Origin: an uncultured delta proteobacterium
Lineage (GTDB): Bacteria; Desulfobacterota; Desulfobacteria; Desulfobacterales; UBA2156
DNA length: 64,000 bases
Direction: 5' to 3'
Assembly: GCA_963736855.1 (NCBI GenBank)
Contig: CAVTQK010000015.1
Location: forward strand, 320,001 to 384,000
Numbering within the stretch: the first letter of the stretch is position 1; every line of letters starts with the position of its first letter. This document shows positions 52,189 through 61,113 of this stretch, piece by piece. The translations under genes were made by a program, and so were the position numbers. Under the pieces are notes generated by a model, which was not told where the DNA came from, ran no database searches, and saw only the letters and a list, made by a program, of their open reading frames with translations.

Positions 52189-53367
52189 ATGGAAGAATGC
52201 CAGACGGCGATCAACACAGGTCTTAGGGGAATCCCGATCGCCAGCACCCGCATCAGCGACGTGGACGGAAAGGCGGGACGCCTCATTTACCGAGGTTATT
52301 TGGTACAAGATTTGGCCCAATCCGCCACCTTTGAAGAAACGATCCACCTTTTACTTTACGAAAAGCTTCCGGACAAGTCGCAGCTTGCCCGGCTTTACAA
52401 AGATCTTTCCCAAAATCGATACCTTGCTCCGGAATTGATCTTGGCATTGAAAACGCGTCCCAAGAATGCGCTTCCCATGGATATCCTTCAGGCCGCTATC
52501 CCGATGCTGGCGAATCACGATCCGGATATCGGCAACACTTCCAGAGCGGCTTTCATCCGAATGGCCATCCGTCTGATTGCCAAGCTTCCCGTTGTGGTTG
52601 CGCTTTGGGATCGCATTCGAAAAGATCAGCCTCCCATCGATCCGGATCCCGAACAGGGAATCGCCTTCAATTTTTTATATATGCTCACCGGAAAGGTTCC
52701 GGATGCCGAAGTCGTGCGGTTTTTTGATATCGCGCTGATTTTGCATGCGGAGCATTCCTTCAATGCCTCCACCTTTGCCGCCCGGGAAGTCGCCTCGACG
52801 CGGGCTCACATGTATGCCGCGGTGGCGGCCGCCGTAGGGTCCCTTTCCGGCGAACTTCACGGCGGTGCCAATGCCCGGGTCATGGAAATGCTCAAACAAA
52901 TCGGAACCATCGATGCCATCGAAGGCTTCGTCCAAGAAGTGTTGAATTCCGGTGGTCTCATCATGGGGCTTGGTCACGCGGTGTATAAGACCGATGATCC
53001 CAGGGCTCATATCCTCGCCCCCATGTCCAGAACCATGGGAGAGCGAACCGGCGAAATTAGTTGGTATAACATATCCAAAAAACTTGAAGAAGTAGGAAAA
53101 GCGGCTTTTTTAAAACGCAAAGGTAAAGAAATCTATGTGAACGTCGACTTTTATAGTGCCTCTCTTTATTATGCTATGGGAATTCCCATCGACCTGTTCA
53201 CTCCAGTTTTCGCCATCGCCCGAATCGCAGGCTGGACCGCCCACATCATAGAAGAGCATTTCGGGGATGCAGCAGGAAAACCGGTGCTCTATCGACCGGA
53301 GTCCAAATATATCGGTGAATACTGCGGACCCGATGAGTGCGCTTACATCCCAATCCAGCAGCGCTGA
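52189..53367 (+). CDS. Citrate/2-methylcitrate synthase
   Basis: LIYRGY, HAEHSFNAST, LHGGAN, MGLGHAVY, DPR, NVDFY. Confidence 0.93.
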   Translation: MEECQTAINTGLRGIPIASTRISDVDGKAGRLIYRGYLVQDLAQSATFEETIHLLLYEKLPDKSQLARLYKDLSQNRYLAPELILALKTRPKNALPMDILQAAIPMLANHDPDIGNTSRAAFIRMAIRLIAKLPVVVALWDRIRKDQPPIDPDPEQGIAFNFLYMLTGKVPDAEVVRFFDIALILHAEHSFNASTFAAREVASTRAHMYAAVAAAVGSLSGELHGGANARVMEMLKQIGTIDAIEGFVQEVLNSGGLIMGLGHAVYKTDDPRAHILAPMSRTMGERTGEISWYNISKKLEEVGKAAFLKRKGKEIYVNVDFYSASLYYAMGIPIDLFTPVFAIARIAGWTAHIIEEHFGDAAGKPVLYRPESKYIGEYCGPDECAYIPIQQR

Positions 53368-53480
53368 GATTGAGTGCATTCCGTTTCAGCGTTTTAACTT
53401 GACCAGGTCAAATATATAGTGGTAGGAATTATTCTTGAAATAGAAATCGAAAAAATCGCTCATTTCATGGATACAGCCGG

Positions 53481-53978
53481 TTGAACGCACCGTTGATAAA
53501 AGGTAATTTCCCTCCGGGTTTGGAAAATAGGTTATTTCCAGAGGCATCCAAACCGAAGATCCGAATGACCCGTCAACGACAGGTTATTTTGGATGAACTC
53601 AGGAAGATGAATTCGCACCCCAGCGCCGATGAGCTTTACGTTTGTGTGCGAAAACGACTTCCTCGCATCAGTCTGGGGACGGTGTATCGGAATCTCGAAA
53701 TTCTTTCTGAAATGGGTCGGATCCAGAAACTGGAAACAGGGGGAAGCATCAAGCGCTTCGATTGGAACCCGTGCAAACATTATCATATTCGATGTGTCGC
53801 CTGCGGCCGCATCGATGACGCCCCTATTGCCCCGTTAAATCAAATTGAAAACGAGCTTTATGGCTCAACAGTCTTTACCATCATGGGTCATCGTCTCGAA
53901 TTTACGGGGCTCTGTCCGGCATGCTCGAAAAAAAACCTTTCCTCATCGACATCAGTTGGATTTCAGGATCTCCATTAA
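53481..53978 (+). CDS. Fur-family regulator (PerR-like by context)
   Basis: MTRQR, HPSADE, SLGTVYRNL, HYHIRCVACG, CPAC; start uncertain. Confidence 0.9.
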   Translation: MNAPLIKGNFPPGLENRLFPEASKPKIRMTRQRQVILDELRKMNSHPSADELYVCVRKRLPRISLGTVYRNLEILSEMGRIQKLETGGSIKRFDWNPCKHYHIRCVACGRIDDAPIAPLNQIENELYGSTVFTIMGHRLEFTGLCPACSKKNLSSSTSVGFQDLH

Positions 53979-54326
53979 CCACCTTTTCACCTCGTCCGTG
54001 AGGGAGTAAACACCCCGGTTCCATCCGATTGTTTCCATGAACCGATCCCCAACCGGCTTGGGCATCCGGATTTTAGCAAGCTCTTTTGCCTCTTCGGAAT
54101 TTCTTCGGATGAGATAGATTACCGGCTCAGCCTCCCATGTGTTAATGACGAAATAGAAACTGACATCTTGCTTGGAGCGGATCACGTAATTTCCCCGAGC
54201 CCAGTTATTTCCCCACTCCAGATAGAGCCTGACTGCATCTTCATGGGTCATGTTCCAGTCGATGGCATTAACCAGGGTTACATCCTTTGCGATATCTTCC
54301 AGTTGCATCATCATTTGATCTCCCAT
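53952..54326 (-). CDS. DVU0772-family protein
   Basis: IDWNMT.EDAV.LYLEWGNN, YFVINTW, LIRRNSE; family recalled, not searched. Confidence 0.8.
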   Translation of the reverse strand: MGDQMMMQLEDIAKDVTLVNAIDWNMTHEDAVRLYLEWGNNWARGNYVIRSKQDVSFYFVINTWEAEPVIYLIRRNSEEAKELAKIRMPKPVGDRFMETIGWNRGVYSLTDEVKRWLMEILKSN

Positions 54327-54361
54327 CTTTCAATGAATCCATTGGCTTTGGCAGTTAAGTA

Positions 54362-54377
54362 AGCAAATATAATGCCA
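54362..54377 (-). promoter_or_regulatory. Sigma54 -24/-12 promoter
   Basis: TGGCAT-TATAT-TTGCT on the minus strand, ~35 nt upstream of the DVU0772-like ORF. Confidence 0.75.
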
Positions 54378-54772
54378 TTAATTCTTTTTGTTTCTGTTCT
54401 AACCGTCCGGCATTTTGTTCTTAAATAAGCTGGATTTTGTTAAAAAAGTGTATCATGATACAAAAATGTCTTATTATAAATAGAACATATACATTATCAA
54501 ACGATTTCAAGGTCTTTTTAACGATTGAAAGTTATCGATGTCTTTTTCTGTCTCATAAATAGACATCGGATCATCGAAACGGAAAATTCAAAAACCTCAA
54601 GAGGATACGATTTTTTCCGAAAAAACCCGCTTTTCCATGGGAGTTACATTTCATTTTCAGGTGTCCCTTAACCATTTTTCTCAATCTTAATGGACAGATA
54701 ATAAAACCATGAATTCCGACAACCTGACCACCTGCCATATAAATGAGCGGTTTTAGCCCAGATCGGAAAATC

Positions 54773-54788
54773 TGGCACAAAAATTGTA
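54773..54788 (+). promoter_or_regulatory. Sigma54-like promoter of the rubrerythrin operon
   Basis: TGGCAC-AAAAA-TTGTA; the -12 GC is replaced by GT. Confidence 0.55.
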
Positions 54789-54894
54789 TTAAACTTTATT
54801 ATGAAATATTTGGCAATCCGAAGTAATTCTCTTTTCCGGGCCTTTGAAGTGGCCAAAACTCTATTCTTTTCAATTTTTTGAGGACCATTTTGCT

Positions 54895-55107
54895 TTGAAA
54901 CGTTGCGACCATAATATCCAAGAGACGTTTCAGCTGGCGGACCGAATGCTCGATCTGGCCAATAAAGGGGATGCCGAGCGAGAGGATGTGGGGTGTGGGA
55001 TCCTCTATGGCGTTTTAAGAGATTCGGCCTATAAACTTAAAAAATTGGCCGAAAAGGAAAAACAGGCGCATATCCAAAAAGGTTGGTGGAAGCAAAGGAA
55101 TCGTTGA
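54895..55107 (+). CDS. Small helical hypothetical protein
   Basis: GAGGA RBS plus TTG; GDAEREDVGCGILYGVLRDSAYKL. Confidence 0.75.
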   Translation: MKRCDHNIQETFQLADRMLDLANKGDAEREDVGCGILYGVLRDSAYKLKKLAEKEKQAHIQKGWWKQRNR

Positions 55108-55150
55108 ATTTTTCAACCCCGATTATAAATCGTTCAAAGGAGGTTGTAGC

Positions 55151-55726
55151 GTGGCAAATCTGAAAGGAACCCAAACAGAAAAAAATCTCTTGACAGCCTT
55201 TGCGGGAGAATCCCAGGCAAGAAACCGATACACCTATTTTGCCGGTCAGGCCAGGAAAGACGGCTACATTCAGATAGCCGACATTTTTTCTGAAACCGCC
55301 GACCAAGAAAAGGAACACGCCAAGCACTTCTTCAAGTTTCTTGAAGGCGGCGAATTGGCCATTGCCGCGGCCTTCCCCGCCGGAACCATCGGGACCACTC
55401 TTGAAAACCTAAGAGCCGCTGCCGCAGGAGAACATCATGAACACACTGAAATGTATCCCGGTTTCGCCAAAACAGCCAGGAAAGAGGGGTTCGAGGCAAT
55501 CGCCTATGTTTTCGATGCGATATCCGTAGCGGAAAAACAGCACGAAAAACGATACATGGATCTCGCCAGAAACATCGAAGCCGGACGGGTTTTCAAGAGA
55601 GACAAACCGGTCACTTGGAGATGCCGGAATTGCGGGTATCTCCACCAGGGGAATGAGGCGCCGGGAATATGTCCGGCCTGCACCCATCCCCAGGCCCATT
55701 TTGAGCTTTTGGGTGAAAATTGGTAA
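55151..55726 (+). CDS. rbr: Rubrerythrin
   Basis: AFAGESQARNRY, EKEH, EKQH, WRCRNCG..CPAC. Confidence 0.96.
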   Translation: MANLKGTQTEKNLLTAFAGESQARNRYTYFAGQARKDGYIQIADIFSETADQEKEHAKHFFKFLEGGELAIAAAFPAGTIGTTLENLRAAAAGEHHEHTEMYPGFAKTARKEGFEAIAYVFDAISVAEKQHEKRYMDLARNIEAGRVFKRDKPVTWRCRNCGYLHQGNEAPGICPACTHPQAHFELLGENW

Positions 55727-55769
55727 TTTTATAAAGCAAGAATAACCAAAAAAAATTAAAGGAGGAATC

Positions 55770-56144
55770 ATGGCCAATCGACTCGAAATTTACAAATGTG
55801 ATATTTGCGGCAATATCGTCGAGGTGCTTCACGGCGGAAAGGGTGAACTCGTTTGCTGCGGCCAACCCATGAAGTTAATGGTCGAAAATACCGTCGATGC
55901 CGCCAAGGAAAAACACATTCCGGTGATCGAAAAGACGACCGGCGGTACAAAAGTGAAAGTGGGCAGCGTCCCTCATCCCATGGAAGAGAAACATTACATC
56001 GAATGGGTAGAGATCATCTCAGACGGCAAGGTCTATCGACAATTCCTCAAACCCGGCCAGGCCCCGGAGGCGGTTTTCAACGTTCAGGGAACTTCCATGA
56101 CGGCTCGGGAGTACTGTAATATTCATGGACTTTGGAAAGGATAA
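55770..56144 (+). CDS. dfx: Desulfoferrodoxin (superoxide reductase)
   Basis: [33 protein letters not shown]. Confidence 0.96.
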   Translation: MANRLEIYKCDICGNIVEVLHGGKGELVCCGQPMKLMVENTVDAAKEKHIPVIEKTTGGTKVKVGSVPHPMEEKHYIEWVEIISDGKVYRQFLKPGQAPEAVFNVQGTSMTAREYCNIHGLWKG

Positions 56145-56149
56145 TCTTC

Positions 56150-56668
56150 ATGATTTCGGAAAAGATTGAATCCGCATTCAACGAACAAATTAATGCCGAG
56201 CTTTACAGCGCCTACCTGTACCTTTCCATGTCGGCGTATTTTAAATCCACCAATCTGGATGGATTTGCCAACTGGATGTACGTTCAGGCTCAGGAGGAGC
56301 TGATGCACGCCATGAAGTTTTATACTTTCATCCATCAACGCGGTGGTCGGGTGACCTTAGGACCGGTAGCAGCCCCACCCACCCATTGGGAGTCTCCTGA
56401 GGCTGTATTTAAAGAGGTTCTGGCCCATGAGCAAAAAGTCACAGGCCTGATTCACGGTTTGGTGGAGACCGCTCTACTCGAGCACGACCATGCCGGAAAT
56501 ATCTTCCTGCAATGGTTTGTGACGGAGCAGGTGGAAGAAGAAGAAAGCGCCAACTCCGTACTTCAGAAGTTGAAGTTTCTCGAGGGGGCAAAGGGCGGGC
56601 TTTTTATGATCGACCAGGAACTATCCCAGAGGACCTTCACCCCTCCGGGGGCGGAAGCCTCTACATAA
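56150..56668 (+). CDS. ftnA: Non-heme ferritin
   Basis: EQINAELYSAYLY, QEELMH, HEQKVT, LQWFVTEQVEEE. Confidence 0.94.
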   Translation: MISEKIESAFNEQINAELYSAYLYLSMSAYFKSTNLDGFANWMYVQAQEELMHAMKFYTFIHQRGGRVTLGPVAAPPTHWESPEAVFKEVLAHEQKVTGLIHGLVETALLEHDHAGNIFLQWFVTEQVEEEESANSVLQKLKFLEGAKGGLFMIDQELSQRTFTPPGAEAST

Positions 56669-56872
56669 AGTCACTGAATCGAGGCGGGACTCGCCAGGCC
56701 ATTCTTCATCGGTGCACTGCGAGTTCCGCTTTTAAAGCGTCTGAATAAAACCGCAGCGAATCTTCGGCGTGAGGATTTTCTAAGACCTCGCTAACCCACG
56801 GTCCCGCCACAGCGGGACAGGGAAGGTGCTCGCTATTGCGGTTCAGCCGACGCCGTAAAGGAGGAAAATACC

Positions 56873-57037
56873 ATGAACAGCTGGAAATGTGGCAACTGCG
56901 GCTATACTTTTGAAGCCGAGAATCCCCCCAACGAATGTCCATCCTGCAAACAGATGTGTGAATTTTTGAACAATACATGTTATACACCCGATTGCGCGGC
57001 CCAAGGAATAGACCAGAGAATTGGAAAAAAGGAGTAG
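56873..57037 (+). CDS. Rubredoxin-like small protein (54 aa)
   Basis: Below the ORF cutoff; AAGGAGG RBS; MNSWKCGNCGYTFEAENPPNECPSCKQMCEFLNNTCYTPDCAAQGIDQRIGKKE. Confidence 0.88.
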   Translation: MNSWKCGNCGYTFEAENPPNECPSCKQMCEFLNNTCYTPDCAAQGIDQRIGKKE

Positions 57038-57042
57038 CCCGC

Positions 57043-57480
57043 ATGTCAAAAGCACTGATCGTTTATGTATCTCGGACAGGAGAGACCCATGAAATCGGGA
57101 ACCTCATTGCGGAAGGTCTGAGGATGTCCGGTATCGAAACCTCGGTTTTGGAGGCAAAAGCCATCCAAAAGGAATCGAATCTGGAAGGGTATGAAGCCCT
57201 AGTTCTTGGCTCGGCCACTTATCATGGAGACATGATGCAGGGTATGAAAACACTTCTGTTCATGGCTGAAAAGGCCAAACTCGAAGGAAAAGTCGGTGCC
57301 GCCTTCGGAGCATTTGGATGGAGCGGAGAGGCGCCCGATCGCATTTACGATACCATGCAACACATCTTTAAGATGAGAATGGTCGGCCAACCCCTGAGGC
57401 TGAAGTCAAGCCGATTACAAGGCGGAGTCAAGGCCGCCCAGGACTACGGAAAAGAGATCGCTAAAAAAATAGGAGCGTAG
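57043..57480 (+). CDS. Flavodoxin-domain protein
   Basis: YVSRTGET, LGSATY, AFGAFGWSGEA. Confidence 0.92.
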   Translation: MSKALIVYVSRTGETHEIGNLIAEGLRMSGIETSVLEAKAIQKESNLEGYEALVLGSATYHGDMMQGMKTLLFMAEKAKLEGKVGAAFGAFGWSGEAPDRIYDTMQHIFKMRMVGQPLRLKSSRLQGGVKAAQDYGKEIAKKIGA

Positions 57481-57541
57481 ATTTTAAGTTGGTTCTTATA
57501 TCAGTTGAACTCTTATCTTGAAACCTTACAAGGAGGAAGCA

Positions 57542-57727
57542 ATGACAACCCCCCAACATTGTCCCGGATTTCATGGATTTAAAAATCTCAAGTCATTTAC
57601 TTGTAAATGTCCAAAGTGCGGTAAGGAAAAAGAGATTTTTTCAGACGAATTTGATAAAAAACATGTCTGTTCCGGGTGTGGAAAGGAAATCGACTTCACC
57701 CAGTGCACGCTGATCGGCCAAGCCTAA
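57542..57727 (+). CDS. Small Cys-rich zinc-ribbon protein
   Basis: AAGGAGG RBS; HCPG..CKCPKCG..EIFSDE..CSGCG..C. Confidence 0.8.
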   Translation: MTTPQHCPGFHGFKNLKSFTCKCPKCGKEKEIFSDEFDKKHVCSGCGKEIDFTQCTLIGQA

Positions 57728-57947
57728 GGTGTTCGGCGTATTGCCGTATCCCTTGAGGTCGGCCCAGGATCCTAACTCTTTTTAACATGGGATCCCTCGA
57801 ATCAATTTCGTCATCGGCGTTGGATTAGGGGGGAAACCATGAAAGGAAAGTTTTATTATAAAGATGCCCTTGCCGTTGAAAGGCAAAAGCTCTTTTTGGA
57901 AAATATTCACGGATGACCATATATCGGAGTTGGAAGCATATCCATGG

Positions 57948-58313
57948 ATGCTTTTTAAAATGCGCTCGATCAAACCATTGAGTCTGACGTTTCTTTTTTT
58001 TGCTTTGATTCTTGGTTCGGGATCGGCAGTCGATGCTGAGAATAAGGGAGCCAAAGAAATCTTGCTCAATGGCGGTACCAGCGGTCCTGTTCCTTTCCCC
58101 CATCAACGCCATCAAGAAATTATCGGAGATTGTATGGTCTGTCATAGCCTTTTCCCGCAGCAATCCAGAGCCATTGATGAACTTAAAAGGCAGGAAAAAT
58201 TGGCTAAAAAACAAGTGATGAACCAGTCGTGTACCCAATGCCATCGGGCAAAACAAGCGGCCGGCGAATCAAAATACGGCCCGATTACCTGTTCCCAGTG
58301 CCATCGAAAGTGA
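57948..58313 (+). CDS. Triheme cytochrome c3/c7-family protein
   Basis: Signal peptide, VPFPHQRH, CMVCH, CTQCH, CSQCH; start 57948 or 57960. Confidence 0.9.
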   Translation: MLFKMRSIKPLSLTFLFFALILGSGSAVDAENKGAKEILLNGGTSGPVPFPHQRHQEIIGDCMVCHSLFPQQSRAIDELKRQEKLAKKQVMNQSCTQCHRAKQAAGESKYGPITCSQCHRK

Positions 58314-58320
58314 ATCGAAC

Positions 58321-59304
58321 ATGAGGATTCTCGGTATTCAAGGCAGCCCCCGGAAAAAAGGAAATACCCGGTTTTTACTCGATCTGTTTCTTGAGGAAGC
58401 CCGAAAATTAGGGGCAACCACCCAAGTCATTGACGTGGATAAACGGAATATCATGCCATGCAAGGAGTATACCGTTTGCGAGAAAAAAGGCTTCTGTCCA
58501 ATCGACGACGATATGAAAAAAGAGATTTACGCCCTTCTAAGAGAGGCGGAAATGGTCGTGCTGGCCACACCTATTTTCTTCTATAATACCACGGCTCAGC
58601 TCAAGGCCCTCATCGACCGGTGTCAGACCCTCTGGGCCCGTAAATACAAACTCAAGCTGATCGATCCGGGACAAAAATACCGAAAGGGATTCCTTTTGGC
58701 TTTGGGCGCTACCAAGGGGGCCAACCTTTTTGAGGGGGTCAAACTCACGACGAAATATTTCTTCGACGCCATCGGCTCCGGTTTCAACGGCAGCCTGACA
58801 TACTCCCGGATCGAGCATCTCGGGGATATGGAGAAGCATCCGACCGTTCATGAAGATGTTCAAAGAGAAGTTCAAAGTCTGCTATCCGGTATGACTGGCC
58901 GAAGACGGATCCTTTTTGCCTGCAAGGAAAACGCCTGCAGGAGCCAGATGGCCAGCGCCTTCACCCAATACCTGGCTGGAGACCAAATAGAGGTATTAAG
59001 CGCCGGGACTCAACCTGCGGAAATTCCCAACCCTATGATGATCGAAGCGATGCAGGAAAAGGGGATCGATATGGGCTTCCGAAAAACGAGGCGACTGAAC
59101 GAGGGAATTGATTCTTTAGAACCGGAAGTGATCATTACCATGGGGTGCGGTGAAGAATGCCCGTATATTCCGGGCGTAAAAATGGAAGACTGGGATCTTC
59201 CGGATCCGGCCGGTCAATCCATCGATTTCATGCGACAGGTCCGGGACGAGGTTGAAAAACGGGTGGTCGCGTTGATACAACAGGTATCCGACGGGATCCT
59301 TTAA
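58321..59304 (+). CDS. Fusion of an Isf/NADPH-dependent FMN reductase-like domain and an ArsC/LMW-PTP domain
   Basis: [21 protein letters not shown]; then [32 protein letters not shown]. Confidence 0.9.
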   Translation: MRILGIQGSPRKKGNTRFLLDLFLEEARKLGATTQVIDVDKRNIMPCKEYTVCEKKGFCPIDDDMKKEIYALLREAEMVVLATPIFFYNTTAQLKALIDRCQTLWARKYKLKLIDPGQKYRKGFLLALGATKGANLFEGVKLTTKYFFDAIGSGFNGSLTYSRIEHLGDMEKHPTVHEDVQREVQSLLSGMTGRRRILFACKENACRSQMASAFTQYLAGDQIEVLSAGTQPAEIPNPMMIEAMQEKGIDMGFRKTRRLNEGIDSLEPEVIITMGCGEECPYIPGVKMEDWDLPDPAGQSIDFMRQVRDEVEKRVVALIQQVSDGIL

Positions 59305-59336
59305 TAAATCCAATTGAAGGGAAAGGAGAGAAGGCA

Positions 59337-59498
59337 ATGGCTCGATACGTTTGCACCATTTGTGGCTATGTGTACGATCCGGCACAAGGCGATCCGGACA
59401 GCGGAATCAAACCCGGGACCAAGTTCGAGGATCTGCCTGATACTTGGGAATGCCCGGTCTGTGGGGCTTCCAAGAGCGACTTCGAGAAAGAGGAATAG
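59337..59498 (+). CDS. rub: Rubredoxin (53 aa)
   Basis: Below the ORF cutoff; [53 protein letters not shown]. Confidence 0.97.
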   Translation: MARYVCTICGYVYDPAQGDPDSGIKPGTKFEDLPDTWECPVCGASKSDFEKEE

Positions 59499-59623
59499 CC
59501 GTTTCAAAAAGCAAAGAATGCCCTTTTTGCCGCAAGGTTTGTGGCGCAAAAAGGGCATTCGATCATTTTGGAATGGCCGCCATTCCATTTCACTAATAAC
59601 CGCCTTAAAGTAAGGAAAGGACC

Positions 59624-60817
59624 ATGAAACCCATCGAAATCGCCAAAGATATCTATGACGTCGGCGTCACCGATTGGAATATCCGGGATTTTCACGGTTA
59701 TTCCACTTATCTGGGAACAACCTACAACGCTTTTCTGATATTAGACGAAAAGATTGTTCTCATCGACACCGTCAAAAAGGAATTCGCGGACCAATACCTG
59801 GATCACATTGCTCAGGTTATCGATCCGAAAAAAATCGATATCGTCATCAGCAATCACACGGAGATGGATCACTCCGGTTCCCTGCCCAGAGTCATGCACC
59901 GTATCGGGGAAGATAAACCGGTCATCTGCTCCAAGATGGGACTTAAAAATCTTTCCCTGCATTACCGTCAAAAGTTCAACTATAAAGACGTGGAAAACGG
60001 AGAAATGCTCTCCATCGGTAAGCGGACCCTGACCTTCCTGGAAACCCGGATGCTCCACTGGCCCGACAGCATGTTTACCTATATCAAAGAGGATGGGATC
60101 CTCATTTCCAGCGATGCCTTCGGGCAGCATTATGCCGGCTGGCAGAAATACGACGATCAGATCGGCGACGCCATTATGGCGCACGCCAAGAAATATTTTG
60201 CCAATATCCTGCTTCTTTACAGTCCCAAAATACTAAAGCTTGTCGAAACCGTCACCGAAGCGGGTTTGAATATCCGTATGATCTGCCCGGATCATGGCAT
60301 TATATGGAGGAAAGACCCCAAAAAGATCATCAACGCCTATGTCGAATGGAGTCAACAGATACCTCGAAAGAAGGCACTCGTGATCTATGATACCATGTGG
60401 CACAGCACCGAAAAGATGGCAGAAGCCATTGCCGATGGGCTGATCTCGGAAGGGATCGACACGACCGTCATGCATCTCCGGAAATGGCACCGAAGCGATA
60501 TCATGACCGAGGTTTTAGATGCCGGCGCGGTGATCGTAGGATCCCCCACCCTGAACAACGGACTGTTTCCCACAGTGGCCGATTTCTTGACCTATATGAA
60601 AGGGCTGAAACCCAAAAACAAGATTGCCGGCGCTTTCGGATCCTATGGCTGGAGCGGCGAATCGGTCAAGTTCATTCATCAGGAGCTTGAATCCATGAAG
60701 TTTAATGTCATGGAACCCGGAATGAGAATTCAGTATGCACCGGATCCTGAAGGAATCAAATCCTGCACCGAATTCGGGAAACAGATAGGTCAAAAGCTCA
60801 AAGCCACGACACCCTAA
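59624..60817 (+). CDS. fprA: Flavodiiron protein (FprA / rubredoxin:oxygen oxidoreductase)
   Basis: GTTYNAF, HTEMDHSG, HWPDSM, DAFGQH, PDHG, C-terminal flavodoxin domain. Confidence 0.96.
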   Translation: MKPIEIAKDIYDVGVTDWNIRDFHGYSTYLGTTYNAFLILDEKIVLIDTVKKEFADQYLDHIAQVIDPKKIDIVISNHTEMDHSGSLPRVMHRIGEDKPVICSKMGLKNLSLHYRQKFNYKDVENGEMLSIGKRTLTFLETRMLHWPDSMFTYIKEDGILISSDAFGQHYAGWQKYDDQIGDAIMAHAKKYFANILLLYSPKILKLVETVTEAGLNIRMICPDHGIIWRKDPKKIINAYVEWSQQIPRKKALVIYDTMWHSTEKMAEAIADGLISEGIDTTVMHLRKWHRSDIMTEVLDAGAVIVGSPTLNNGLFPTVADFLTYMKGLKPKNKIAGAFGSYGWSGESVKFIHQELESMKFNVMEPGMRIQYAPDPEGIKSCTEFGKQIGQKLKATTP

Positions 60818-60853
60818 AGAGATATTCCAGGAAAAGTACATAAGCAGGCCGGC

Positions 60854-61045
60854 ATGAAGATTCCCGTCGTCGAGCTGAGCGAATGCATTCTCTGTGGCGT
60901 CTGCGTAGACGTCTGCCCGGAGGTCTTTTTACACAACCCGGCGGATTACATCGAGGTGGCCTCTATGAAATATTACCCAGAGGAAGAGGTGAACGAGGCC
61001 ATCAAGAATTGCCCTGCCCGATGCATTTTTTGGGACAAGGAATAA
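60854..61045 (+). CDS. Single-cluster ferredoxin
   Basis: CILCGVCVDVCPEVF..AIKNCPARCI. Confidence 0.92.
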   Translation: MKIPVVELSECILCGVCVDVCPEVFLHNPADYIEVASMKYYPEEEVNEAIKNCPARCIFWDKE

Positions 61046-61113
61046 CGAGACGGCATGTCGGAACCAACCCAAGGATGTGTCTTTCACGGAAAAAATTCAG
61101 GCACTAGGCGATC

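Noticed and set aside
53399..53411. TTGACC-A-GGTCAA palindrome as an FNR/CRP-family site
   Set aside because: One base shorter than TTGAT-N4-ATCAA and only a single copy; unsupported.
59314..59613. 99-aa plus-strand ORF
   Set aside because: Wrong frame; the real gene is rubredoxin 59337-59498.
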